Below, in pieces: positions 1 to 8,360 of a DNA stretch of 64,000 nucleotides (positions within the stretch are counted from its first letter, which is position 1; the number at the start of each line of letters is the position of its first letter). This stretch comes from Candidatus Limnocylindrales bacterium. Lineage in GTDB: Bacteria > Chloroflexota > Limnocylindria > Limnocylindrales > CSP1-4. A program made the translations under genes and the position numbers. Location of the stretch: positions 299-64,298 of the forward strand of contig DASSPX010000132.1 of the NCBI GenBank assembly GCA_035699445.1, written 5' to 3'. Below the pieces are notes generated by a model, which did no database searches, had not been told where the DNA came from, and worked only from the letters and a program-made list of their open reading frames with translations.

Positions 1-1
1 G

Positions 2-274
2 AGCACGTATGGCGGGTATTCCGCAGGTGGCGGGTATTCGGCCGGAGGCGACTATGGCAGCCGCGGTGGCGGCGGCTACGGCGGTGGCGGCGGTGGCGGC
101 TACGGCGGTGGCGGCGGCTACGGCGGGGGTGGCTTCGGCAACCCGCGTCCGCCCCGGGAGATGTTCACGGCGACCTGCTCGAACTGCGGCAACGAGGCTC
201 GTGTCCCGTTCCGCCCGACGAACGGCAAGCCCGTGTACTGCTCGGACTGCTTCCGGACGATGCGCGGCGCCTGA
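2..274 (+). CDS. 3' end of a gene running off the left edge: Gly/Tyr-rich low-complexity tail plus CxxC-x17-CxxC zinc ribbon (a tail type I recall on some DEAD-box RNA helicases)
   Basis: Frame 2 reads ...GGYGGGGGGGYGGGGGYGGGGFGNPRPPREMFTATCSNCGNEARVPFRPTNGKPVYCSDCFRTMRGA with stop TGA at 272-274. There are exactly 17 residues between the two CxxC pairs. The 9..572 ORF in the track is a different, Ala/Arg/Pro-rich frame. Confidence 0.6.
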   Translation, partial: STYGGYSAGGGYSAGGDYGSRGGGGYGGGGGGGYGGGGGYGGGGFGNPRPPREMFTATCSNCGNEARVPFRPTNGKPVYCSDCFRTMRGA

Positions 275-296
275 CGCCTCGCCTCGATACGGACCG

Positions 297-330
297 ACGA
301 CCCCGGCAGCGCGCCGGGGTCGTTTCGATT
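297..330. terminator. Hairpin between convergent genes (likely bidirectional terminator)
   Basis: ACGACCCCGG (297-306) pairs perfectly with CCGGGGTCGT (314-323). Loop is 7 nt, followed by TTCGATT. It lies between the + gene ending at 274 and plsY ending at 340. Confidence 0.5.
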
Positions 331-339
331 CCAGCCCCG

Positions 340-1002
340 TCAGCCCGCGGGGTCGTCGCGGGCGAGCAGCTCCAGGTCGAACTTGCGCTCCGTGCCACGG
401 ATCAGCCGCTCGATGTTGTCCGCGTGGGCGAGCCACACGAGGGCCGCCCCGACCGTCGCGTACACCGGGTACTCCCAGGGCACCGTCCCGTTCGCCGCCA
501 GCCACCAGATCCCCACGACGAGCACCATCGCGGCCGACCCGAGCAGCGATCCCAGCGACACGTAGCGCGTGATCGCGATCACGGCGACGAATACCGGCGC
601 GGCGATCGCCACGGCGAGCGGCTGGATGATGAGCATCGTCCCCACGCCGGTACCCACCCCGCGCCCGCCCTTGAACCCCACGAACATCGACCGGGATGCC
701 CCGACCACGGCCGCGATCCCGCAGGCCACCTCCACCGCGGCCTCGCCGGTCAGGAGCCGGGCGGCGAGCACGGGCAGCGCGCCCTTCAGGACGTCCCCGG
801 TCACGACCAGCAGCGCGAGCTTCCTGCCCAGCGCACGGAGGGCGTTCGTGCCGCCCGTGCGACCGCTGCCGATCGTCCGCGGATCGGGCCCGCCCGACCA
901 CCGCGCGACGATGACGCCGAACGGGATCGACCCCACGACGTACGCCGCGACGACGAGCGCGGCGGCCAAAGCGGCGAAGCTCCAGTCCACGCTCGCGGGC
1001 AC
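340..1002 (-). CDS. plsY: Glycerol-3-phosphate acyltransferase PlsY
   Basis: 220 aa, multi-TM. N-terminus YVVGSIPFGVIVAR and motifs GSGRTGGTNALRALG and FKGGRGVGT are typical of PlsY. GTG start. Confidence 0.9.
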   Translation of the reverse strand: MPASVDWSFAALAAALVVAAYVVGSIPFGVIVARWSGGPDPRTIGSGRTGGTNALRALGRKLALLVVTGDVLKGALPVLAARLLTGEAAVEVACGIAAVVGASRSMFVGFKGGRGVGTGVGTMLIIQPLAVAIAAPVFVAVIAITRYVSLGSLLGSAAMVLVVGIWWLAANGTVPWEYPVYATVGAALVWLAHADNIERLIRGTERKFDLELLARDDPAG

Positions 1003-1017
1003 CTCCAGCGGATGGCG

Positions 1018-1023
1018 AGTCTA
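1018..1023 (-). promoter_or_regulatory. Candidate -10 box TAGACT for plsY
   Basis: The minus strand reads TAGACT about 15 nt upstream of the plsY GTG. The same hexamer recurs just upstream of lipA, the deaminase gene, the DUF1611 gene and tRNA-Arg. Confidence 0.3.
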
Positions 1024-1153
1024 CCCCCCTGTGCGGCCCGCGTAGCCGGCGACGGGCCGGGGTACGATGGACTTCCTGATGTCCTCCGCGCGGCGGCGCG
1101 ACCGCCATCGAATGCGTGTCCGGCCCCGCATCCCCAACGAGGCTCCCTGACCC

Positions 1154-2596
1154 ATGGCCGTCGGTTCGTCCAACGACTTCGATCTCGTCGTGCTCGGTGC
1201 GGGCACGGGTGGCTACAGCGCGGCGTTCCGCGCGGCCCAGCTCGGCCTGAAGGTCGCGCTCGTGGACGAGGACCGGATCGGCGGCACGTGCCTGCACCGG
1301 GGCTGCATCCCGACCAAGGCGCTGCTCGAGTCCGCGGGCTACGTCGCGCGCCTCCGGGAGGCGAAGGACTTCGGCGTCGAGCTGGCCGGCGAGTTCACGA
1401 TCGACTACGCGCAGATGGGCGCCCGCCGCGACCGGGTCGTGACCCGGATGTGGAAGGGGCTCGGCAGCCTGGTCACGAAGAACAAGGTGACGTGGGTCGA
1501 GGGGCGTGGCCGGCTCGACGGCGGCACGCGTGTCCGGGTCAGCCAGCGCGGTGAGGACGGCACGCCGGGCGGCGGCGGCGAGCGGATCCTCCAGGCCACG
1601 GACGTCATCCTCGCGACCGGCTCGCGCGTGAAGAGCCTGCCGGGTCTCGAGGTCGACGGGCGGCGCGTCGTCACCTCGGACGAGATCCTCAGGCTGGACC
1701 GCGTCCCCGAGAGCCTGATCGTCGTCGGCGCGGGCGCCGTCGGCTGCGAGTTCGCGAGCCTGTTCCACGACCTGGGCACGAAGGTGACCCTGCTCGAGTA
1801 CCTGCCCTCGATCCTGCCCGCCGAGGACCGCGATGCGAGCAAGGAGGTCGAGCGGTCGTTCAGCCGGCGCGGCATCACCGTGATGACCAGCGCGCGGTTC
1901 GACCCCGCGTCCGTGACCGCTTCGGACAGGGACGTGTGCCTCATGGTCGGACCGGAGGGCAGGGAGCCGCAGGAGCTGCGCGCCGAGATGCTGCTCGTGG
2001 CGACCGGTCGCGCGCCGAACGTCGAGGACGTGGGTCTCGACACGACGAAGGCGGAGCTGGAGCGGGGCTTCGTGAAGGTCGACGGGCGGATGCGGACCCG
2101 CGAGCCGCACCTGTACGCGATCGGCGACGTGATCGGCGGGCTCATGCTCGCGCACACGGCCGCGCATGAGGGCCTGACGGCGGCGCACGCGATCGCCGGC
2201 GACGCGGACGTCCACGGCGTGGACTACGTCCTCCAGCCGCGGGCGACGTACTGCCGACCGGAGGTCGCCTCGATCGGCCTCACCGAGCAGCAGTGCGAGG
2301 AGCGCGGTCTCAAGGTGAAGATCGGCAAGGTGCCCTTCCAGGCGGTGGCGAAGGCGCTCATCGGCGGCGAGTACGAGGGCTTCGCGAAGGTGATCGCGAA
2401 CGCGGAGACGGACGACACGCTCGGCATCCACCTCGTCGGGCCGCATGCGACCGACCTGATCGCGGAGGCGTCGGTGGCGCTGGAGCTCCAGGCGACGCCC
2501 TGGGAGATCGGCGGGGCGACCCACCCGCACCCCACGCTGTCCGAGATCCTCGGCGAGGCCGCGATGGCGGTCGACAAGCGCTCGATCAACTTCTGA
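1154..2596 (+). CDS. lpd: Dihydrolipoyl dehydrogenase (E3)
   Basis: 480 aa. FAD motif VVLGAGTGGY, redox-active disulfide GGTCLHRGCIPTK, C-terminal HPHPTLSE interface motif. Confidence 0.95.
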   Translation: MAVGSSNDFDLVVLGAGTGGYSAAFRAAQLGLKVALVDEDRIGGTCLHRGCIPTKALLESAGYVARLREAKDFGVELAGEFTIDYAQMGARRDRVVTRMWKGLGSLVTKNKVTWVEGRGRLDGGTRVRVSQRGEDGTPGGGGERILQATDVILATGSRVKSLPGLEVDGRRVVTSDEILRLDRVPESLIVVGAGAVGCEFASLFHDLGTKVTLLEYLPSILPAEDRDASKEVERSFSRRGITVMTSARFDPASVTASDRDVCLMVGPEGREPQELRAEMLLVATGRAPNVEDVGLDTTKAELERGFVKVDGRMRTREPHLYAIGDVIGGLMLAHTAAHEGLTAAHAIAGDADVHGVDYVLQPRATYCRPEVASIGLTEQQCEERGLKVKIGKVPFQAVAKALIGGEYEGFAKVIANAETDDTLGIHLVGPHATDLIAEASVALELQATPWEIGGATHPHPTLSEILGEAAMAVDKRSINF

Positions 2597-3690
2597 TGAC
2601 CGTGACCGAGCGGACCGGCGGCTCCGGTGGCCTCGGCGCGTCGGTCGGACTGTCCGATGCGCAGCTCGTGGAGATGTACCGGCTCGTGGCGCTCGCTCGG
2701 GCCGTCGACGAGCGGATGTGGATCCTGAACCGCGCGGGCCGGATCCCGTTCGTGATCTCGGGCCAGGGCCACGAGGGAGCGCAGGTGGGGATCGCGAGCG
2801 CGCTGACGCCCCACCACGACTGGATCGCGCCCTTCTACCGCTCCATCGCGACCTGTCTCGCGTTCGGCATGAGCGCCCGCGACATCATGACCGCCCAGTA
2901 CGCGACCGCGAACGATCCGTCGAGCGGCGGGCGCCAGATGCCCGGCCACTACGGGTCGCGCGAGCACAACCTCGTATCGGTCTCGTCGCCGGTCGCCACG
3001 CAGCTGCTCCACGCGGTGGGCATCGCGCTGGCGGCGAAGATCCGCCGCACCGGCCAGGTGGCGATGACGATCATGGGCGAGGGGAGCAGCAACCAGGGCG
3101 ACGTCCACGAGGGCCTGAACTTCGCGGCGATCCACCGGCTGCCGTTCATCTTCGTGGTCGAGAACAACGGGTACGCGATCAGCGTGCCGGCGTCGAAGGA
3201 GCTCTCGGTCGAGGACGTAGCCGTCCGCGCAGCCGGGTACGGGATGCCGGGCGTGGTGGTGGACGGGACGGACGTGCTGGCCTGCTATGCGGCGGCGCGC
3301 GACGCGGTGGAGCGGGCACGTCGGGGCGACGGGCCGACCCTCATCGAGGCGAAGGTCACCCGGCTCACCGCCCACAGCTCGGACGACCAGCAGACGAAGT
3401 ACCGCTCCGAGGAGGAGCTGGCAGCGGGGCGGGCGAACGACCCGCTGCCGAAGTTCCGGGAGCAGCTCGTGGGCGCGGGCGTGCTCACGCCGGAGATCGA
3501 GGAGCGACTGACGGCCGAGATCTCGGCCGCGGTGGACGATGCCACGAAGTTCGCCGAGGCCGAGCCGGACCCGGATCCATCGACCGCGATGCGCTGGGTC
3601 TACGCCGAGGACTGGCCGGGGGAGACGCCGCCGCCGTGGGGATTCGGCGAGCCGGGCGTGGGCAGGGCCGGCGGGAGCGGGGCGCACTGA
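2596..3690 (+). CDS. 2-oxoacid dehydrogenase E1 component, alpha subunit (TPP-dependent; branched-chain or pyruvate type)
   Basis: Internal ATG at 2596 overlaps the lpd stop (TGATG). MTVTERTGG...; motifs GQGHEGAQVG and GEGSSNQGDVHEGLNFAA. The track ORF 2293..3690 carries a spurious N-terminal extension. Confidence 0.9.
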   Translation: MTVTERTGGSGGLGASVGLSDAQLVEMYRLVALARAVDERMWILNRAGRIPFVISGQGHEGAQVGIASALTPHHDWIAPFYRSIATCLAFGMSARDIMTAQYATANDPSSGGRQMPGHYGSREHNLVSVSSPVATQLLHAVGIALAAKIRRTGQVAMTIMGEGSSNQGDVHEGLNFAAIHRLPFIFVVENNGYAISVPASKELSVEDVAVRAAGYGMPGVVVDGTDVLACYAAARDAVERARRGDGPTLIEAKVTRLTAHSSDDQQTKYRSEEELAAGRANDPLPKFREQLVGAGVLTPEIEERLTAEISAAVDDATKFAEAEPDPDPSTAMRWVYAEDWPGETPPPWGFGEPGVGRAGGSGAH

Positions 3691-4673
3691 TGGCCACGAA
3701 GACGTTCATCGAGGCGATCCGCGAAGGGCTCGCGGAGGAGATGCGCCGCGACGAGTCGGTGATCGTCCTGGGCGAGGACGTGGGGAAGAAAGGCGGCGTG
3801 TTCCTCGCCACGGACGGGTTGTGGGCGGAGTTCGGCGACGACCGAGTCATCGACACTCCGCTCACCGAGTCGATGATCATCGGCACCTCGATCGGCGCTG
3901 CCGTGAACGGGCTGCGGCCGGTCGCGGAGATCCAGTTCGCGGACTTCATCCACCCCGCGTTCAACCAGCTCGTGTCCGAGGCGGCGCGGATGCGCTACCG
4001 CTCGAACAACGGCTACGGCGTGCCGATGGTTGTCCGGGCGCCGTACGGCGGTGGCGTGCACGGCGCGCTCTACCACTCGCAGTCGGTGGAGGCGTTCTTC
4101 ACGCACGTGCCAGGGCTGAAGGTCGTCGTCCCGTCGACGCCGCATGACGCGAAGGGGCTCCTCAAGACGGCGATCCGCGACGAGGACCCGGTGCTGTTCT
4201 TCGAGCACAAGAAGATGTACCGCTCGGTGCGCGGCAACGTGCCCGACGCGGACTACACGGTGCCGCTCGGCTCGGCGCAAGTGACCCACCCGGGGTCGCG
4301 CGTCACGGTGGTTGCGTACGGGCTCATGGCGCATTACGCGCTCGAGGCGGCCGACCGCGTGGCGGACGAGGGGATCAGCGTCGAGGTCGTGGATGTCCGC
4401 ACCCTGCGGCCACTCGACAAGGTCACGATCCTCGATTCGGTCCGCAAGACGGGCAAGTGCCTGGTCGCGTACGAGGACAACCGGTTCGGCGGCTACGGCG
4501 CGGAGATCTGCGCGATCGTCGCCGAGGAGGCGTTCGACTTCCTCGACGGGCCGGTGAGCCGGGTGGCGGGGCCCGACGTGCCGGGCGTGCCGTACAACCA
4601 CGTGCTCGAGGACTGGTTCATGGTCAGCCCGGAGAAGATCGCGGACGGGATCCGGCGGCTCGCCGCGTACTGA
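3690..4673 (+). CDS. 2-oxoacid dehydrogenase E1 component, beta subunit
   Basis: ATG at 3690 overlaps the E1alpha stop by 1 nt. MATKTFIEAIREGLAEEMRRDESVIVLGEDVG... is a transketolase-like pyrimidine-binding and C-terminal domain pattern. Confidence 0.9.
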   Translation: MATKTFIEAIREGLAEEMRRDESVIVLGEDVGKKGGVFLATDGLWAEFGDDRVIDTPLTESMIIGTSIGAAVNGLRPVAEIQFADFIHPAFNQLVSEAARMRYRSNNGYGVPMVVRAPYGGGVHGALYHSQSVEAFFTHVPGLKVVVPSTPHDAKGLLKTAIRDEDPVLFFEHKKMYRSVRGNVPDADYTVPLGSAQVTHPGSRVTVVAYGLMAHYALEAADRVADEGISVEVVDVRTLRPLDKVTILDSVRKTGKCLVAYEDNRFGGYGAEICAIVAEEAFDFLDGPVSRVAGPDVPGVPYNHVLEDWFMVSPEKIADGIRRLAAY

Positions 4674-4880
4674 CGGGTGGCCGGCGCGTACGTCGGCGGT
4701 GCGCGGACGGCCGGGTGCTGCGGATTGCACGCACGGGCGCGTAGGCGGTGCGGGCCGCGCGCGAAGGGTACGCGCCGGCCCGGCCGTCGCGGTCCTGCGC
4801 GGAATGGGCGACACTAGGGGGCCGGACGACCACCAACCGGCCGGTGCCGCCAGCGCCGAGCCCTGCCTGGAGGTACGAGC

Positions 4881-6461
4881 GTGGCGAAGGTGACGATGCC
4901 CCAGCTCGGCGAGAGCGTGGCCGAGGGGACCATCGGTCGCTGGCTGAAGCAGCCCGGTGACACCGTTGCCCAGTACGAGCCCCTGCTCGAGGTCATCACC
5001 GACAAGGTCAACGCCGAGGTCCCGTCGCCGTTCGCCGGCGTGCTGAAGGAGATCCTCGTCGAGGAGGGGGCGACGGTCCCCAACAACGCGGAGATCGCGA
5101 TCATCGAGACCGCGGACGAAGCGGGCGCCGACGCGCCGCCTCCGGTGGCGCTCGAGAAGGAGGCGGCGCCGTCCGAGGTGGACGGCTCGTCGGGCGTCGA
5201 GCCCCGCCAGCCCGCCGTGGCAGCACACGGTCCGGCCGGGTCGGACGAGCGGCCCGCGGCCGAGGCTCCGGCAACGCCCGCCACGCCCGCAACGTCCGCA
5301 CCGTCCTCGGCACCCGCCGCCGAGCGCCCGGCCGCGATGGCGGCCGCGGCCGCACCCACTGTCTCCGCTCCGGACTCGAATGGCCGCGGCGCTGCACAGC
5401 CGGGCGACCCGAACGCGCGCATGACGCCCGCCGTGCGCCGGCTGCTCCGCGAGCACGGGCTCACCGCCGCGCAGATCGTCGGCACCGGTGGCGGCGGCCG
5501 GATCACCCGCGAGGACGTGACCGACTTCGTCGAGGCCCAGCGCACCGGCAAGCCGGTCGGCGCCCAGCAGCCCGCGGGGGCAGCGGGTGCTACGTCGACG
5601 GCCGCCCCGGCAGCCGCGACCCCCGCCCCGGCAGCCGCCACCCCCAGTGCCACGGTCCCGCCCGCTGCGGCGCCCGCGCCCGCTCAGCCCGCGACACCCG
5701 CCCCGGCGCCCGCGCCGGCGACCACGGCTGCGGCCGTGCTGTTCCCAGCCGGAGCCGACGAGGTCCTGCTGCCGATGACCCAGATGCGCAAGGGCATCGC
5801 GGCGCAGATGACCCGCGCGCTCCAGGTCCCTCACGCATACGTGCACATGGAGGTCGACGCGACGAACCTCGTCCGCCTGCGCGAGACGGCGAGGAAGGAC
5901 TTCCAGGCCAAGGAGGGGGTGAGCCTCAGCTACGTCCCCCTCGTGATCAAGGCAATCGTCGAGGCGCTCAAGAACCACCCGGCATTCAACGCCCACTGGA
6001 CGGACCAGGGGATCCTCGCGAAGCGGCGGATCAACATGGGCGTGGCGGTCGCCGTGGACGACGGCCTCCTCGTCCCGGTCGTCCGGGACGTCGACGCGCT
6101 GAGTGTCGCGGGCATCAACCGCGCGATCGCCGACGTCGCGGCGCGCGCTCGCGCCGGCAGGCTGCGGATCGACGACTTCGGCGGCGGGACGTTCACGATC
6201 GACAACACCGGCTGGTTCGGGTCGAACCTGACGATGCCGATCATCAACGTCCCCGAGGTCGCCATCCTCACGATGGAGGCGATCACGAAGCGGCCCGTCG
6301 TGCGCGAAACACCCGACGGTGACGTCATCGCCATCCGCCCGATCATGAACATGGTGCTCGCGATCGACCATCGCGCGAACGACGGCGCCCAGGCCGCGGC
6401 CTTCCTCAAGGAGATCAAGGCCTGGCTGGAGAACGTGCCGGCCGACCTGCCCCTCTGGTAA
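4881..6461 (+). CDS. Dihydrolipoamide acyltransferase (E2)
   Basis: Lipoyl domain (EVITDKVNAEV), Ala/Pro linkers, E3-binding domain (MTPAVRRLLREHGL...GTGGGGRITREDV), catalytic DHRANDG motif. GGAGG sits 7 nt before the GTG start. Confidence 0.95.
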   Translation: MAKVTMPQLGESVAEGTIGRWLKQPGDTVAQYEPLLEVITDKVNAEVPSPFAGVLKEILVEEGATVPNNAEIAIIETADEAGADAPPPVALEKEAAPSEVDGSSGVEPRQPAVAAHGPAGSDERPAAEAPATPATPATSAPSSAPAAERPAAMAAAAAPTVSAPDSNGRGAAQPGDPNARMTPAVRRLLREHGLTAAQIVGTGGGGRITREDVTDFVEAQRTGKPVGAQQPAGAAGATSTAAPAAATPAPAAATPSATVPPAAAPAPAQPATPAPAPAPATTAAAVLFPAGADEVLLPMTQMRKGIAAQMTRALQVPHAYVHMEVDATNLVRLRETARKDFQAKEGVSLSYVPLVIKAIVEALKNHPAFNAHWTDQGILAKRRINMGVAVAVDDGLLVPVVRDVDALSVAGINRAIADVAARARAGRLRIDDFGGGTFTIDNTGWFGSNLTMPIINVPEVAILTMEAITKRPVVRETPDGDVIAIRPIMNMVLAIDHRANDGAQAAAFLKEIKAWLENVPADLPLW

Positions 6462-6495
6462 CGGAGGGCATCGACGGCGTACCGTCAGCGCCGCC

Positions 6496-7119
6496 ATGAC
6501 CGACCAGGCCCCGCCGACCGACACCGGGATCCCGCGTCCGCCGCGCCCGTCCATCGAGGAGCGTGCCCGGCGACGCTCGGAGCTGGACGCGGCCGACCGG
6601 GACCGGTACGAGAGCCTCCTGCGTCACCTGCGTGCCGGGCAGGAGATCGCGATCCAGCCGCCACGAGGCTGGCGGGACCGGCTCGAGGCCCTCGACTGGC
6701 ACCCGATCGCCGGCCGCCTGCTCCTCGCGATCGCCATCGCCGTCGCGCTCTATCTGCTGCTCACCGCGGTCACCGGCTGGCTCCGGGACGGGCGAGTGGA
6801 CACGTGGTCCGGTCCGGACGGGACCGTCCAGTCCGGCCAGCGTCTCGAGGGATGCCCCGGGCTCGCCCGGCTGAACGACGCCGTCCTTCCGAACTGGATC
6901 CGGTACCGCGGCGATGTCTTCCAGCTGACCGAGGTCGGGCTGCCGATGGGCGAATCGAACATCGGCACCTCCTACGTCCCGACGCCCTACGCGCTGGGCG
7001 ACCTGCGGCTGTTCGAGGTTCGCGTCCAGGGGCTCGGGCCGATGGGGTCCCGGTTGATCGTCCGCAACGGCGAGGCGCCCGCAGGGCAGCTGTACCGCCG
7101 GCTCGACAGCTGCAGCTAG
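6496..7119 (+). CDS. Hypothetical single-pass membrane protein
   Basis: 207 aa with high GC3. One clear TM helix (LLLAIAIAVALYLLLTAVTGWL). Located between E2 and lipA. No family recognised. Confidence 0.55.
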   Translation: MTDQAPPTDTGIPRPPRPSIEERARRRSELDAADRDRYESLLRHLRAGQEIAIQPPRGWRDRLEALDWHPIAGRLLLAIAIAVALYLLLTAVTGWLRDGRVDTWSGPDGTVQSGQRLEGCPGLARLNDAVLPNWIRYRGDVFQLTEVGLPMGESNIGTSYVPTPYALGDLRLFEVRVQGLGPMGSRLIVRNGEAPAGQLYRRLDSCS

Positions 7120-7171
7120 GGCCGCAAGCACGTCCGCGGTCCGCCGGCCCGCTCTCCGGCGCACCCGCGCG

Positions 7172-7177
7172 TAGACT
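7172..7177 (+). promoter_or_regulatory. Candidate -10 box TAGACT giving a leaderless lipA mRNA
   Basis: TAGACT ends 7 nt before the lipA ATG at 7185. No Shine-Dalgarno fits in between. Confidence 0.35.
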
Positions 7178-7184
7178 CCGGCCC

Positions 7185-8222
7185 ATGGCGCGCGAGCTCC
7201 CGATGTTCGAACCGGCTGCCGGCGGTCACGCCGCGCATCACCCCACCGATCCCCAGGCCATCAGCATCGCGATGGGCGGCGCGCCGACGCCGCTTCGCCG
7301 CCACCCGGACTGGATCCGGGCGCGGATGCCGAGCGGGGACAACTACCACGACCTCAAGCGGCTGCTCGCGGGGCTCAACCTGAACACGGTGTGCGAGGAG
7401 GCGCGCTGCCCGAACATCGGCGAGTGCTGGGATCAGCGCACGGCGACGGTGATGATCCTGGGTGACACCTGCACCCGGGCGTGCGGCTTCTGCGCGGTGA
7501 AGACCGGCCGCCCCACCTGGTTCGACGACGACGAGCCCCGCCGGGTCGCCGAAGCACTCAGCCATCTCGCGCTCGACCACGTCGTGATCACCTCGGTCGC
7601 GCGCGACGACCTCCCCGACGGCGGGGCGGGCGCGTTCGCGGCCACGATCCGGGAGCTCCGCGCACGCCGGCCGGGCATGGGCGTGGAGGTGCTGATCCCG
7701 GACTTCAACGGGGAGGAGGCGCCGCTGCGCACGGTCATGGAGGCCGGCCCGGACATCCTGAACCACAACCTCGAGACCGTGAAGCGCCTCCAGAAGCCGG
7801 TCCGCAAGCGCGCGCGCTGGGATCGGACGCTGGGCGTGCTCGAGCGCGCGCGCCGGTATGCGGCCGAGTACGGCCACGCCGTTCACACGAAGAGCTCGCT
7901 CATGGTGGGGCTGGGCGAGACGCGCGACGAGCTGACCGAGGCGTTCGTCGCGCTGCGCGAGGTCGAGTGCGACATCCTGACGATCGGCCAGTACCTCCGC
8001 CCCACCGAGCGCCATCTCCCGCTCGTCCGCTACTACCACCCGGACGAGTTCGCGGACATGAAGGCCGAGGCGCTCGCGCTCGGCTTCCGGCACGTGGAAT
8101 CGGGGCCGCTCGTGCGGTCCTCGTACCACGCCCGCGACCAGGTTCCGGGCGCCGTCGGCAGCGCCCGCCGTCAGGCGGCCGTCGACGCGACCGGGCGGGT
8201 GGTGCCCGGCCCCGCCGCGTAG
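7185..8222 (+). CDS. lipA: Lipoyl synthase
   Basis: CEEARCPNIGEC auxiliary cluster motif and radical-SAM CTRACGFCAV. The track ORF 6804..8222 has a spurious N-terminal extension. Confidence 0.95.
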   Translation: MARELPMFEPAAGGHAAHHPTDPQAISIAMGGAPTPLRRHPDWIRARMPSGDNYHDLKRLLAGLNLNTVCEEARCPNIGECWDQRTATVMILGDTCTRACGFCAVKTGRPTWFDDDEPRRVAEALSHLALDHVVITSVARDDLPDGGAGAFAATIRELRARRPGMGVEVLIPDFNGEEAPLRTVMEAGPDILNHNLETVKRLQKPVRKRARWDRTLGVLERARRYAAEYGHAVHTKSSLMVGLGETRDELTEAFVALREVECDILTIGQYLRPTERHLPLVRYYHPDEFADMKAEALALGFRHVESGPLVRSSYHARDQVPGAVGSARRQAAVDATGRVVPGPAA

Positions 8223-8291
8223 GGGTTCGACCAGGTAGGGGGAGCTGCGGGCCGCCGTCCCGGGCACGCCTGAACATGGCGCAACCCGGGC

Positions 8292-8306
8292 GTGCGACAA
8301 TCGGCC
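8292..8306 (+). promoter_or_regulatory. Candidate extended -10 promoter (TGcGACAAT) inside a 15-nt motif repeated at 11796
   Basis: GTGCGACAATCGGCC here versus GTGTGACAATCGGCC at 11796-11810 (14/15 identical). The TGn-GACAAT layout resembles an extended -10. Confidence 0.35.
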
Positions 8307-8360
8307 GCTCGGGCATGGAAGTTGGGGGGTGCGGTCTTGGGCTCCGTGGAGGACCACCGG

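Noticed and set aside
9-572. 187-aa plus-strand ORF at the left edge
   Set aside because: Wrong frame. The adjacent frame gives a clean Gly/Tyr tail plus CxxC-x17-CxxC and a stop at 274. From 340 onward the minus strand encodes PlsY.
4683-4775. Relatedness of the E1beta-E2 gap motifs (GCGCGTACGTCGGCGGTGCGCG, GCGCGTAGGCGGTGCGGG) to the 50-bp array core (CCACGTACGCGCCCGGTGCGTG), which would make them a dispersed REP-like family
   Set aside because: The best alignment is only about 15/22 identities in a GC-biased background, CGTACG is expected many times by chance, and the spacing is irregular. A genome-wide motif count would be needed.
3600-6554. 984-aa minus-strand ORF, plus similar giants at 15815..18769(-), 18211..21732(+), 20375..23371(+), 25280..27571(+), 30171..32630(-), 36381..40400(-), 45345..48140(+) and 56654..59455(-)
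   Set aside because: All lie antisense or out of frame to genes with clear family motifs. They are Arg/Pro/Gly/Ala/Asp-rich with no recognisable motifs, as expected from stop-codon-poor shadow frames in very GC-rich DNA.
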